This document shows positions 37,179-46,156 of a DNA stretch of 46,156 nt, piece by piece (position 1 is the first letter of the stretch; each line of letters begins with the position of its first letter). Below the pieces are notes generated by a model. That model saw only the letters and a program-made list of their open reading frames with translations. It ran no database searches and was not told the DNA's origin. Position numbers and translations under genes: made by a program. Origin of the DNA: Patescibacteria group bacterium (GTDB lineage: Bacteria; Patescibacteriota; Patescibacteriia; Patescibacteriales; XYC2-FULL-47-12); contig JBAZGH010000002.1 of NCBI GenBank assembly GCA_041652935.1, positions 18,039 to 64,194 of the forward strand, in the 5' to 3' direction.

Positions 37179-40100
37179 ATGCAAAAAGGAGAGCCAGAAG
37201 AAAAAATAATAAACGGCAGCCAACCGGCTGATGTTTTTGATACGAACGATTCCAACCTGAATCAAAGTTTTGAATTTTCCGGGGATAAATACGACTATAT
37301 TTCCTTGGCAGATGCAGCTAAATATACAAAGTTCAGCCAGGATTACATTTCACTTTTAGCGCGCAATAAAAAGATGCCCGCCAAGAAGTTCGGGCGCAAC
37401 TGGAAAGTGAGGATGGTTGATGTAAACGAGTACATAAAAAGGATTGAAAAAAAACAGGTCCAGCGGGAGGTTAAAAAGGAGCTTTCCGGAGCGACAAAAG
37501 CGGAGCGGGGAATAGCCAAGGCGGTTAATGCCATCAGCCCATTCAATGGGGATTCTTACTCTTTGTCAAAAGCGCATCTGACTAATTTTGCGCGCCATAA
37601 ATTCCAGACAGTATTGGCCAGTTTTTTAATTTTAACGACCATAATGTTTTCCTGCTTTTTCTGGCTTTCCCCGACTTATGCTTCAATGGCGGAAAGGGGA
37701 CTGCAGAAAGCGGCGGCTAAAACAGTCCAAGCGATATCCGGCGGAGCTGAAACTTTTAAAGAAAAATCAGTTGAAGCGATAATAGCAGCGTCTGAGATTG
37801 CTGGCTCCAGAATAGCTAAAATTGATAAAGCTTATAATAACCCTGAAAGCGGTTTTGGCCCGGAGATAAAAAAAGCCGGAGCCAGGACAGTAATCGGCGC
37901 CGAACAGTTCGGGTCTTTTATGGAAAATGGCACCTCATATCTTGAACAAAGGGCGCTGTCCAGGCAGGGCTATATAGCCGGCGTATTTGAGATTTCAGTT
38001 TTAGAAACAATAAACAATGTAAATTATTTTTCCAGTGATTTAGCATCTGCCGCTAAACAAATTTTCAGCTCTCCGTTAAAGATTGTTCCTGCTCCGGTTA
38101 GGTATGCGCTAAACGGGGGGGCGGACGCCATAAACGGATTAATCTCAAGCGGAGCCGAAAAGCTGGAGAAGAACAAAGATGCCTTAGTTAGAAACAAAAC
38201 GAGCCAAGTCGCCGGCGCTACGGAAAAGGGAAATAGCGGAAAAAGCTTCTCGGATAATTTTTTCAGTTTCATGAAAGAAACCGCGCAAGGGCAGAAAAAG
38301 CTATCCCAAGCAGTTCAATCTAAAAGCAACGATGGCTTAAAGAAAATGAGCGGCTACCAACGGAATGCCGGTTTGGCAATTTTAGAAACTTTAGCCCGCG
38401 CTACCAATAGCATTGGAAATTTCGTTAATAATAAAATTGCCAGCGGTAAATCACGGGTGTTGGGAATTCAGGAGAACGCGGAAAATACCGCCTCGGGAGT
38501 TTGGAACGGAGTCGGCAGCGGAATACTGGCAGTCAATAACAGCTTAATTAACGCGAAAGATGCCTGGAGCAACGAAGAAGTTGAATCAAAACGTTCCCTG
38601 GCAGTTTTATGGGCAACCGCTCTTGATTATTTGCTGCCGGATTCGTTGAAAGAAAAAATTGCCCGCGATTCCGGGCTTGAGCCGGCGCAAGTTGGGGAGG
38701 CGTCAAAAGAGCCGGTTATTGTAATCGGCGACAGCAGCGGAAGTACAACAGTCATTACCCGAACCGCCAGCTTGCCGCGGAGTTTTGCCATAGATAGTAT
38801 TATCGGCAGCCCGACGGTAACCGGAGATTTGACGGTAGAAGGTGGAGTGACCGCGGGCGGAGATGTTGTCCTAGAAAAAACTTTAACTGTCGGCGGCCGG
38901 TCTGATTTTAAAGCGCCGATATATTCTTCTTCCGGAGACTTTATCATTGATGATAATTTAACCGCATATGGATCAATTACCGGCAGCTCGCTTAATATAA
39001 GCAACGCGGCAATAGTAAATACTCTCCAAGTATCCGGCCAGGCAAATGTGGGCGGGCTATTATCAGCGCAGGATTTAACCGTCAGCAATAATGCTTCAGT
39101 CGGAGGAACGTTTACAGTGGCCGGCCAGTTTATTTCCCAAAATATTTCTGCCACGCGCTATATCGCAGCCGGCTATTCTTTAAGTTCGGGCGGAAGCTTA
39201 ACTGTTTCAAAAGACGCTTCCATAGGAGAAGATTTAACAGTGGGCAATGATTTAATCGTGGAGGGCAGCATTAGAACTGACGGCACTTTAACTGTTAATA
39301 GGGGAGCTTCCATAACCGGCAATACAATAATTACCGGAGACGCGACTATTACCGGGAGCTTAACGCTTAGTTCGTGGACGACTCCGTACGCACAGGTAAA
39401 GGTAGTCGCCAAATCGGGAACCGGCTACTCCACCATTGCCGCCGCCCTTAACTCAATTACCGACGCCTCGGCAACCAAAAGATATTTAATTCAGGTAATG
39501 CCGGGGGAATATAACGAGCAAGTTAATTTGAAATCTTATGTTGATATAGCCGGAGAGGGAGCCGATACTACTGTAATCAGCCAGGCCGACGCAGATGTTA
39601 TAACCGCCAGCAGCACAACCTCAACCGCCAGCTCAACCATCAGCGGATTAACTGCAAAGATAACCGCCGCTACTGCTGCCCGGTCGCTGGTTAATCTTGC
39701 AAACGCCTCTGACATTGTTATAAAAAATATTGATTTGAAATATGAAAGCGGAACCGCCGGCTATGGCGTTTACGCAACCAGCAGTTCGCCGGTAATAGAG
39801 AACGTAAACATGAGCGGCGGGTCTTTAAATTATGGCTTATATCAAAACGGCGATAACTCCGAAAGCGGAACCATAGTAAGAAATTCCCGAATCAGCGCCG
39901 TGTCCGACATTTATGTTGCCGGAACAAACAGTACCGTCTACTCTTACGACAATAAATTATCCGGAACTTACAGTTTTGATCTGGCGACTTCAACGGCAAT
40001 AGTGGAATCAACCAATGACGCGTACCAGCTTGCCACCTCAACCGGCATCGCTTTTACCGGAACTTTCAGGGATTTAACCAACGCCCGCGAATATGCCGAG

Positions 40101-43100
40101 ACTGGAAATTCTTTAGCGGTCGGCGATATAATTTATTTAGTTAGCGCGGAAACAGTAGCCAAGGCCGACGCATCCGACGCGACAAAATTACCGGCTATTG
40201 GAATTGTAATAAAAGATCTGGGCGTTAACAGAGTACTCGTTAAAAATAATGGCCAATTCTATAATTCAAGCGCCAGTTATGTCGCGAATCAAACTTACTA
40301 TATAGACGACGGCGGAGCCGCTACCACCACGCCTTATGCCGGGCGGTATTCGCAGGCGATAGGAGTTGCTAAAAGCGACAAAGCGATTGAGCTTTCTTTT
40401 TCCCGAAGCAGCGCTTTGTCGGTGATAGAAAATACAACCGCCTCGGCAATGCTCATAAATCAGCAGGGAAGCGGAAACATATTTCAGTTGCAGGATAACG
40501 GCGCGAATGTAATGACTATTTTTGACGGCGGAAACATAAGCATCGGCACCAGCTCTTCGGATAATTTATTAACCCTTTGGGGAGCAACCAGCGGAACCGG
40601 CGCTAGTTTATTAAGCATAGCCGACAGCGCTTCCACCACACTGCTGACTATTTTAGACAACGGATATATCGGAATCGGAACCTCTACGCCAATAGTTTCT
40701 TTAGATATTTACGCGACCGACGCTATACGGCTTCCGGCAGGCACAACTGCCGAACGGCCGACCGGAGGAAATGGCATGCTTCGTTTTAATATTGACTCTA
40801 ATACTTTTGAAGGATATAGCGGTTCTTCGTGGTCAGCAATAGGGGGAAGTTTAATTGATGCTGACCAGGACACTTATATTTTAGCTGAAAGTTCAGGCGG
40901 AGCTGATGAGGATACTTTATTTTTCTATAACGCCGGGCAGGAAAAAATGCGGCTAACCAGCGACGGCTACCTCGGGATCGGGACTACCAGCCCGTACGCG
41001 TTGTTAACCGTCTGGGCTACTTCTACCGATGCCGCCTTATTCAGCGCGATGGATACGGCTTCCACGACGGTCTTTACGATTTTGCCAAATGGAAATGTCG
41101 GGCTGGGAACCACGACGCCTAGCGCCCAATTAAGCATCGCCGGCGCGGACAACAAAATAAGGTTATCGCATTCAGCGGGAAATTACGGGGAAATTTACGC
41201 CGACAGTTTGGGGAATTTAAACTTATCTGCCGCTAACGACATATATGTAAGAAATAATTTAGTTCCTGTTCCGGGAAGCACGCATACAGTCGGGTCTGTA
41301 ACAAATTATTGGACGCACGGCTACTTTGATGAATTAACAGTAAATACTTTGGGCGTCGCCTCCACAACCGTTTCCGGAACGCTAACTTCCAGCTTTACTA
41401 TAAATTCGGACGCGGAAGGCGATGAAGATTCTTCATTGATATTTTATCGGGGCGGCGGTGTTTTGGGGAATGCAACGCTTAACTGGAAGTCTGCAAGCGA
41501 CCGGTTTGAATTCGGGGATGCTTCAAATCCTTACGAATTATATGTGCACGGAAATTTAACGGTCGCTTCCACAACGGCGACTTCAACAATTTCCACCGGC
41601 GGATTCGCGGTCGGCACTGACCAGTTTCTCGTTCAACAAACAAGTGGCAGGGTAGGCATAGGCACAACTTCTCCTTCCGTAGCTTTTGCAATAGACGCTA
41701 CGGACGCAATGGTTATTCCGGTGGGCACAACCGCCCAGAGGCCGGACACCGGTTATACCGGCATGTTGCGCTATAATAGTGATAACACCACTTTTGAAGG
41801 TTATAATGGCAGTGTCTGGAGCGGATTGGGGGGTGTAATTGATGTTGATCAGGATACTTACATAATTGCGGAAAGCTCATCCGGCGCGGACGAAGATGTT
41901 CTCTTTTTCTATACTGCAAACAGCGAGAAGATGCGTCTTACCAGCGGCGGATACTTAGGGATAGGAACTACTTCGCCGGACGCGGTGCTTCATATTGCCA
42001 GTTCCACCGGCGGAACTTTAATTTTAGACGACAGCGGCGGAGTCGCCAATGACCGGCTGATGGAGTTTGATATGGACGGCGGAGCTTTAACCATCAGAAG
42101 CTTAAACGACGCTTTAACAACTAATATTGATAATATCTTAGTTTTAGATAACGGCACCGGCAATGTTAGGGTGGGAAATTATTTTGAAGTCGGCGATGAA
42201 AATAACGACAGCAACAAATCGGTTTACATTGACCGCAGTTTTACCGGCACAGCCAACGCTTTTGGCATAGCAAATGTCGGAACAATTACCGGCGCCGCGA
42301 ATTCCAATATTTATGGCGCGTATTTTGCCAATAATTTTACCGAAGCCGGCAGTGGAACGCACGCTTTATTTGCGCAGGGATATTTTGCTTCTTCTACAAT
42401 TACCGCTGACGGAGCTACCATAACCGACGCGATGACACTATATATCGGCGGAGCTCCAAGCGGAGCAACTAATAATTACGGATTATATGTCGCGCCTTCC
42501 GTTGGATATTCCGTGCCCGCGTTAATCACGGACAGTTCAAATAATGTCGGAATCGGGACAACGAGCCCGTCTAAAATGTTTTCCGTCCACGGAGAAGCGT
42601 ATTTTAGCGCGACCACTACCATTGAAGGCCAGGTTCTAGCCCAGACGCTTTCTTCTTATGACCCCAATACCGGAGTGATGCCGGCGCCGGCATACAGTTT
42701 TTACAGCGACGGCGACACGGGCATGTTTAATTCTGAAGCTAACAATTTGGCGTTCGCGACGAACGGCCAGATGCGCGTTAATCTTTTTGACACGGCCATG
42801 CAGGGCGCTGTTGCCGGCACTTTCCGCCTTAATCATTCAGCCGCCGGCACGGAAGGCGCGCCCACTTACGCGTTTTGGGGGAGCAATAGCGATACCGGCA
42901 TGTTTTCGCCGGAAGACGGCGCGCTTGCGTTTACCGCCAATGCCACTGAAAAAATAAGGATTACAAGTGATGGCAACGTCGGCATCGGCACTATCTCCCC
43001 AACCTACAATTTGGACGTTACCGGCAACGCTCATTTCACCGGACTTGTTGACGCTTCCCACTTTATCGCCACCTCCACTACCGCGACCTCTACTTTCTAC

Positions 43101-46100
43101 GGCGGTTTTGCCGCGGGCAATAATGCTGGCTTGATCGTTAACCAAGCGGCGCCGGCGAATAGCTTATATATCAATTCGGCGGGGAATGTGGGAGTGGGGA
43201 CGGCTGATATGATAGGGCAATTAACCGTCAAGGGTGACCTTTCAATTTATACGGATTATGACGGCTTGGCAACAATAAAATTTTCCAGAGAGACAACTGG
43301 CGCGCCTTCTTATGTCGGCAACATTTCGTATAATCATAATTCAAACAGCATGGGTTTTGTTGTTAACGGCGACTCAAGAATGGCAATAAACTCCTCCGGC
43401 AATGTCGGTATTGGAACTAGTACGCCTTGGGCACAATTATCAGTAGAGGGGCAAGGAAGCAAGCCGGAGTTTCTAGTAACCGGAACAGATATGACTCCAG
43501 ATTTTATAGTAGATGTGAATGGCAACGTCGGCATCGGCACCACTTCTCCCTACGCCAAATTATCCGTAGTCGGCCAGACTGTTTCCGAATACTTCACCGC
43601 CACCTCCACTTCCGCCACTTCTACTTTCCCTTACTTAGCATCAACCCAATCCAACCTCGGCACAGTGGTAGGAGGCACCTGGCAGGGAACAGAGGTTGGC
43701 GTAAACTACGGCGGAACAGGAACCTCAACAGCTCCCTCTTACGGTTATGTTTTAGTCGGCAATGCCACGAATGATGGCTATGATTATATAGCCACCTCCA
43801 CTTTCGGAGGCGGCGGCGGTACAATGACCAGCTTTATTTTATCAGATAGTTCCAATACCGAAACGATTGAGAATAGCGATACTTTAACAATTCAAGGAAG
43901 CGCTAATGAAATAACAGTTCTAGTCGGGGCGACTGATACCGCCACTATTTCTTTGCCGGATGTTGTTTATATCGGAGATTCCGGAAAATTAGGCCGGGAC
44001 GCTGATAATCTGATAGACTTTACGACTGATAATCAAATAATGTTCAGGACTAACGCCGTTGATAACAGATTAGTGCTTGATAACGCCGGCAGAATCGGCA
44101 TCGGCACCTCTACCATGTCTTCCATGTTTACGGTTTGGGGCGACACTTCTGCTACCGGCGCATCTTTATTCAGCGTTGTAGATAATGCCTCCAGCACCCT
44201 GATGACAATTTTGGATACGGGCAGGATCGGTATTGGCACTACCAGTCCTTTAGCTACTTTTTCTGTCCAGGGCACGGCTAATCAAGATATATTTACAATC
44301 GCTTCTTCTACCGGAGCAAGCATATTTAAAGTATCCAGCTTGGGCAAGGTAAGCATCGGCACCGGAGGCGGTAATTATGAAATAACGCCCACTGACGGCT
44401 CGCTAGGAATTGACGGTTATCTTGGCGTCGGCACTTCTACGCCGGCTGAAGAATTGGGAGTTGCCGGAGATATTTATCTTAGCGGTTCTTTGAAGTTTGC
44501 TGACGGAAGTTCAATGAATGCGGCCGGAGGCGTATGGTTATCTAATGGCAGTGATTATTACTATAATGCCGGCAACGTCGGCATCGGCACCACCTCTCCC
44601 TACGCCAAACTCTCGGTAGTCGGCCAGACTGTGTCAGAATATTTTACAGCTACTTCCACCTCCGCCTCCTCCACTTTCCCAATGCTGGTTTCTACTTACA
44701 GCAATGTCGGCACGGTGCAAGCCGGCACTTGGAACGGAACCGCAATCAGCCACGAATACGGCGGTTTGGAATTTGACGCCTCGGCCATCACCACCGGCGG
44801 AATGATCCGCGGAGCCAGCTCCGGAGTAATGGAGATTTTAGGATTGGGAACAGCCGGACAGATACTGGGCTCTGTTAACGGACAATTAGGATATATTTCT
44901 ACTTCTACCATGCCGTTTATTTCAAACGCGCTTACCAAGGGATATTTTTTAGTCGGCGATGACAGCGGATTGGCTCAAGCTACTTCAACAATGTTTATTA
45001 GTTCTACGGGGAATGTGGGGATAGGCGATGCAAATCCTGATCAGTTACTTAATATACATCAATCGGCAGGAAGCAGTGCTTCATATGCAAGATTTACAAC
45101 CGCAGAAAGTGAGTCGGGTTCGGGAAATGGATTCTTAATAGGTTCACACAGTAATTTAAACGCTTTTGTCACCAACTATGAAAATGGGGATTTGTATTTA
45201 ACAACTAACGGAGTTTCAAATCAACTAGTTTTGGATTCCGCTGGGGGTGTTGGGGTTGGTACAGCGGCGCCAACTTCTCCGGGAAATTCTAGTAAATTTT
45301 TAACAATCTCTGGAGCTAATCATGCAGGACTAGTTTTGATAGATGAGGGTGCTAGTCGAGAATGGGAAATACAAGCTGATAATGGGTTGTATTTTATGGA
45401 AGGACAAGGGTCTTTAGCTGTACATATGTTAATAGATGCCACTGGCAACTTAGGCATCGGCACCACCTCCCCATGGGCGCAATTATCAGTAGAGGGGCAA
45501 GGAAGCAAGCCGGAGTTTTTAGTTACCGGAACTGATATGGCACCTGATTTTATTGTAGATGTGAACGGCAACGTCGGCATCGGCTCCACCACCCCGGGCG
45601 CGCTCTTCTCTGTCGGCTCGGCGGGAACCGGCTTGCAGATTAATTCCAGCGGAACAATAACTTCCGGCACCTGGAACGGAGCGGCGGTCGGCATCGCCTA
45701 CGGCGGCACCGGATTAACTACTACTCCCACCGACGGCCAGCTCTTAATCGGCAAAACAGACGGAACTTACAATTTGACTACCCTTACAGCCGGGTCAAAC
45801 GTAACAATTACTGAAGGCGACGGGACAATAACAATAGCTTCTGCTGGTGGCGGCGGCGCCGGAAGCAATTACGGCGCGGTTGGTGCGCTCGCCTTTTACG
45901 CTACCGCCGGCACTACGGCAACCGGCACGGACGTCAGCTTATTAAAATGGGACAGTTCTTTCGGCCGGCTGGGGATCGGCTCTTCCACCCCAAATTACCT
46001 TTTGTCAATTGCATCTTCCACCGCCACTAATTTTTTGCGCATCGCCACTTCTTCATCTGGAGATTTGTTCACGGTTACCAATACACAAATCACCTCAAAA

Positions 46101-46156
46101 TTGCCGGTTAACATGAATACGACCGGCGATGTGCAGATCGGCTCTGATTTGGTATT
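37179..46156 (+). CDS. Giant surface protein (at least 2992 codons, 3' end outside the window): N-terminal HTH, one TM helix, beta-helix-like repeats, pectin-lyase-like segment and many tail-fibre-like GNVGIGTTSP modules
   Basis: My manual translation of the frame starting at ATG 37179 (positions divisible by 3) found no stop up to nt 46156. An in-frame stop lies upstream at 37137. The protein sense is coherent throughout: the HTH-like ISLADAAKYTKFSQDYISLLARNKKMPAKKFGRNW at about 37293-37440, the TM helix FQTVLASFLILTTIMFSCFFWLS at 37602-37670, and repeated ...GNVGIGTTSPYAKLSVVGQT... units. The listed minus-strand ORFs from 37343 to 45694 are shadows of this gene. Confidence 0.85.
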   Translation, partial: MQKGEPEEKIINGSQPADVFDTNDSNLNQSFEFSGDKYDYISLADAAKYTKFSQDYISLLARNKKMPAKKFGRNWKVRMVDVNEYIKRIEKKQVQREVKKELSGATKAERGIAKAVNAISPFNGDSYSLSKAHLTNFARHKFQTVLASFLILTTIMFSCFFWLSPTYASMAERGLQKAAAKTVQAISGGAETFKEKSVEAIIAASEIAGSRIAKIDKAYNNPESGFGPEIKKAGARTVIGAEQFGSFMENGTSYLEQRALSRQGYIAGVFEISVLETINNVNYFSSDLASAAKQIFSSPLKIVPAPVRYALNGGADAINGLISSGAEKLEKNKDALVRNKTSQVAGATEKGNSGKSFSDNFFSFMKETAQGQKKLSQAVQSKSNDGLKKMSGYQRNAGLAILETLARATNSIGNFVNNKIASGKSRVLGIQENAENTASGVWNGVGSGILAVNNSLINAKDAWSNEEVESKRSLAVLWATALDYLLPDSLKEKIARDSGLEPAQVGEASKEPVIVIGDSSGSTTVITRTASLPRSFAIDSIIGSPTVTGDLTVEGGVTAGGDVVLEKTLTVGGRSDFKAPIYSSSGDFIIDDNLTAYGSITGSSLNISNAAIVNTLQVSGQANVGGLLSAQDLTVSNNASVGGTFTVAGQFISQNISATRYIAAGYSLSSGGSLTVSKDASIGEDLTVGNDLIVEGSIRTDGTLTVNRGASITGNTIITGDATITGSLTLSSWTTPYAQVKVVAKSGTGYSTIAAALNSITDASATKRYLIQVMPGEYNEQVNLKSYVDIAGEGADTTVISQADADVITASSTTSTASSTISGLTAKITAATAARSLVNLANASDIVIKNIDLKYESGTAGYGVYATSSSPVIENVNMSGGSLNYGLYQNGDNSESGTIVRNSRISAVSDIYVAGTNSTVYSYDNKLSGTYSFDLATSTAIVESTNDAYQLATSTGIAFTGTFRDLTNAREYAETGNSLAVGDIIYLVSAETVAKADASDATKLPAIGIVIKDLGVNRVLVKNNGQFYNSSASYVANQTYYIDDGGAATTTPYAGRYSQAIGVAKSDKAIELSFSRSSALSVIENTTASAMLINQQGSGNIFQLQDNGANVMTIFDGGNISIGTSSSDNLLTLWGATSGTGASLLSIADSASTTLLTILDNGYIGIGTSTPIVSLDIYATDAIRLPAGTTAERPTGGNGMLRFNIDSNTFEGYSGSSWSAIGGSLIDADQDTYILAESSGGADEDTLFFYNAGQEKMRLTSDGYLGIGTTSPYALLTVWATSTDAALFSAMDTASTTVFTILPNGNVGLGTTTPSAQLSIAGADNKIRLSHSAGNYGEIYADSLGNLNLSAANDIYVRNNLVPVPGSTHTVGSVTNYWTHGYFDELTVNTLGVASTTVSGTLTSSFTINSDAEGDEDSSLIFYRGGGVLGNATLNWKSASDRFEFGDASNPYELYVHGNLTVASTTATSTISTGGFAVGTDQFLVQQTSGRVGIGTTSPSVAFAIDATDAMVIPVGTTAQRPDTGYTGMLRYNSDNTTFEGYNGSVWSGLGGVIDVDQDTYIIAESSSGADEDVLFFYTANSEKMRLTSGGYLGIGTTSPDAVLHIASSTGGTLILDDSGGVANDRLMEFDMDGGALTIRSLNDALTTNIDNILVLDNGTGNVRVGNYFEVGDENNDSNKSVYIDRSFTGTANAFGIANVGTITGAANSNIYGAYFANNFTEAGSGTHALFAQGYFASSTITADGATITDAMTLYIGGAPSGATNNYGLYVAPSVGYSVPALITDSSNNVGIGTTSPSKMFSVHGEAYFSATTTIEGQVLAQTLSSYDPNTGVMPAPAYSFYSDGDTGMFNSEANNLAFATNGQMRVNLFDTAMQGAVAGTFRLNHSAAGTEGAPTYAFWGSNSDTGMFSPEDGALAFTANATEKIRITSDGNVGIGTISPTYNLDVTGNAHFTGLVDASHFIATSTTATSTFYGGFAAGNNAGLIVNQAAPANSLYINSAGNVGVGTADMIGQLTVKGDLSIYTDYDGLATIKFSRETTGAPSYVGNISYNHNSNSMGFVVNGDSRMAINSSGNVGIGTSTPWAQLSVEGQGSKPEFLVTGTDMTPDFIVDVNGNVGIGTTSPYAKLSVVGQTVSEYFTATSTSATSTFPYLASTQSNLGTVVGGTWQGTEVGVNYGGTGTSTAPSYGYVLVGNATNDGYDYIATSTFGGGGGTMTSFILSDSSNTETIENSDTLTIQGSANEITVLVGATDTATISLPDVVYIGDSGKLGRDADNLIDFTTDNQIMFRTNAVDNRLVLDNAGRIGIGTSTMSSMFTVWGDTSATGASLFSVVDNASSTLMTILDTGRIGIGTTSPLATFSVQGTANQDIFTIASSTGASIFKVSSLGKVSIGTGGGNYEITPTDGSLGIDGYLGVGTSTPAEELGVAGDIYLSGSLKFADGSSMNAAGGVWLSNGSDYYYNAGNVGIGTTSPYAKLSVVGQTVSEYFTATSTSASSTFPMLVSTYSNVGTVQAGTWNGTAISHEYGGLEFDASAITTGGMIRGASSGVMEILGLGTAGQILGSVNGQLGYISTSTMPFISNALTKGYFLVGDDSGLAQATSTMFISSTGNVGIGDANPDQLLNIHQSAGSSASYARFTTAESESGSGNGFLIGSHSNLNAFVTNYENGDLYLTTNGVSNQLVLDSAGGVGVGTAAPTSPGNSSKFLTISGANHAGLVLIDEGASREWEIQADNGLYFMEGQGSLAVHMLIDATGNLGIGTTSPWAQLSVEGQGSKPEFLVTGTDMAPDFIVDVNGNVGIGSTTPGALFSVGSAGTGLQINSSGTITSGTWNGAAVGIAYGGTGLTTTPTDGQLLIGKTDGTYNLTTLTAGSNVTITEGDGTITIASAGGGGAGSNYGAVGALAFYATAGTTATGTDVSLLKWDSSFGRLGIGSSTPNYLLSIASSTATNFLRIATSSSGDLFTVTNTQITSKLPVNMNTTGDVQIGSDLV

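Noticed and set aside
37343-45694. Fifteen minus-strand ORFs (62-175 aa) and one plus-strand ORF (43427-43774) listed in the track across 37.3-45.7 kb.
   Set aside because: All lie antisense to, or out of frame with, the continuous giant plus-strand ORF. Their low-complexity, repeat-mirroring sequences mark them as shadow ORFs. For example, 43334-43543 and 45320-45694 share MPTLPFTSTIKSG because the sense strand is duplicated.

Overview
This is a low-GC, gene-dense bacterial segment read with the standard genetic code. Its gene content and style look like a Patescibacteria/CPR-type genome, which is an inference. The style includes compact housekeeping genes, O-antigen-ligase-like and TPR membrane proteins, a LemA-TPM pair and a giant surface protein.

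Gene order, left to right:
- rmuC 3' end, nucleotidyltransferase-like protein, O-antigen-ligase-like protein, PHP phosphoesterase, GT4 glycosyltransferase, ATP-grasp protein and glgA, then a convergent galT-like gene.
- A CIRCE-controlled groES-groEL pair, an AI-2E transporter, an O-antigen-ligase/TPR protein and glycine-tRNA ligase.
- A visibly more G+C-rich surface-glycan island (about 16.3-31.8 kb). It holds a GT2, two paralogous fused E1 alpha/beta ThDP enzymes with no E2/E3 partner in the window, and a cytidylyltransferase-sugar kinase fusion in reversed HldE domain order. It also holds an SDR epimerase/dehydratase, a radical-SAM enzyme, two large membrane proteins (one GT-C-like) and three secreted proteins.
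- LemA, a TPM-domain protein, a decayed four-helix-bundle (S23p/Avd-like) gene and an M16 peptidase.
- An AT-rich non-coding region (about 0.8 kb upstream plus about 0.4 kb downstream of the transposase ORF) with 7 copies of a TATCCGATA motif. It surrounds a Y1/HuH (IS200/RAYT-like) transposase ORF that carries two in-frame perfect 34-bp palindromes.
- A giant plus-strand ORF (37179 to the window end, at least 2992 codons). It is missing from the supplied ORF track because it has no stop codon inside the window.

Most intergenic spacers outside the island are filled by families of long imperfect inverted repeats built from short AT-rich 'words'. Related word tracts also occur in frame inside genes.

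No CRISPR array, rRNA or tRNA gene was seen. All family assignments come from motif recognition by eye. No database search was run.
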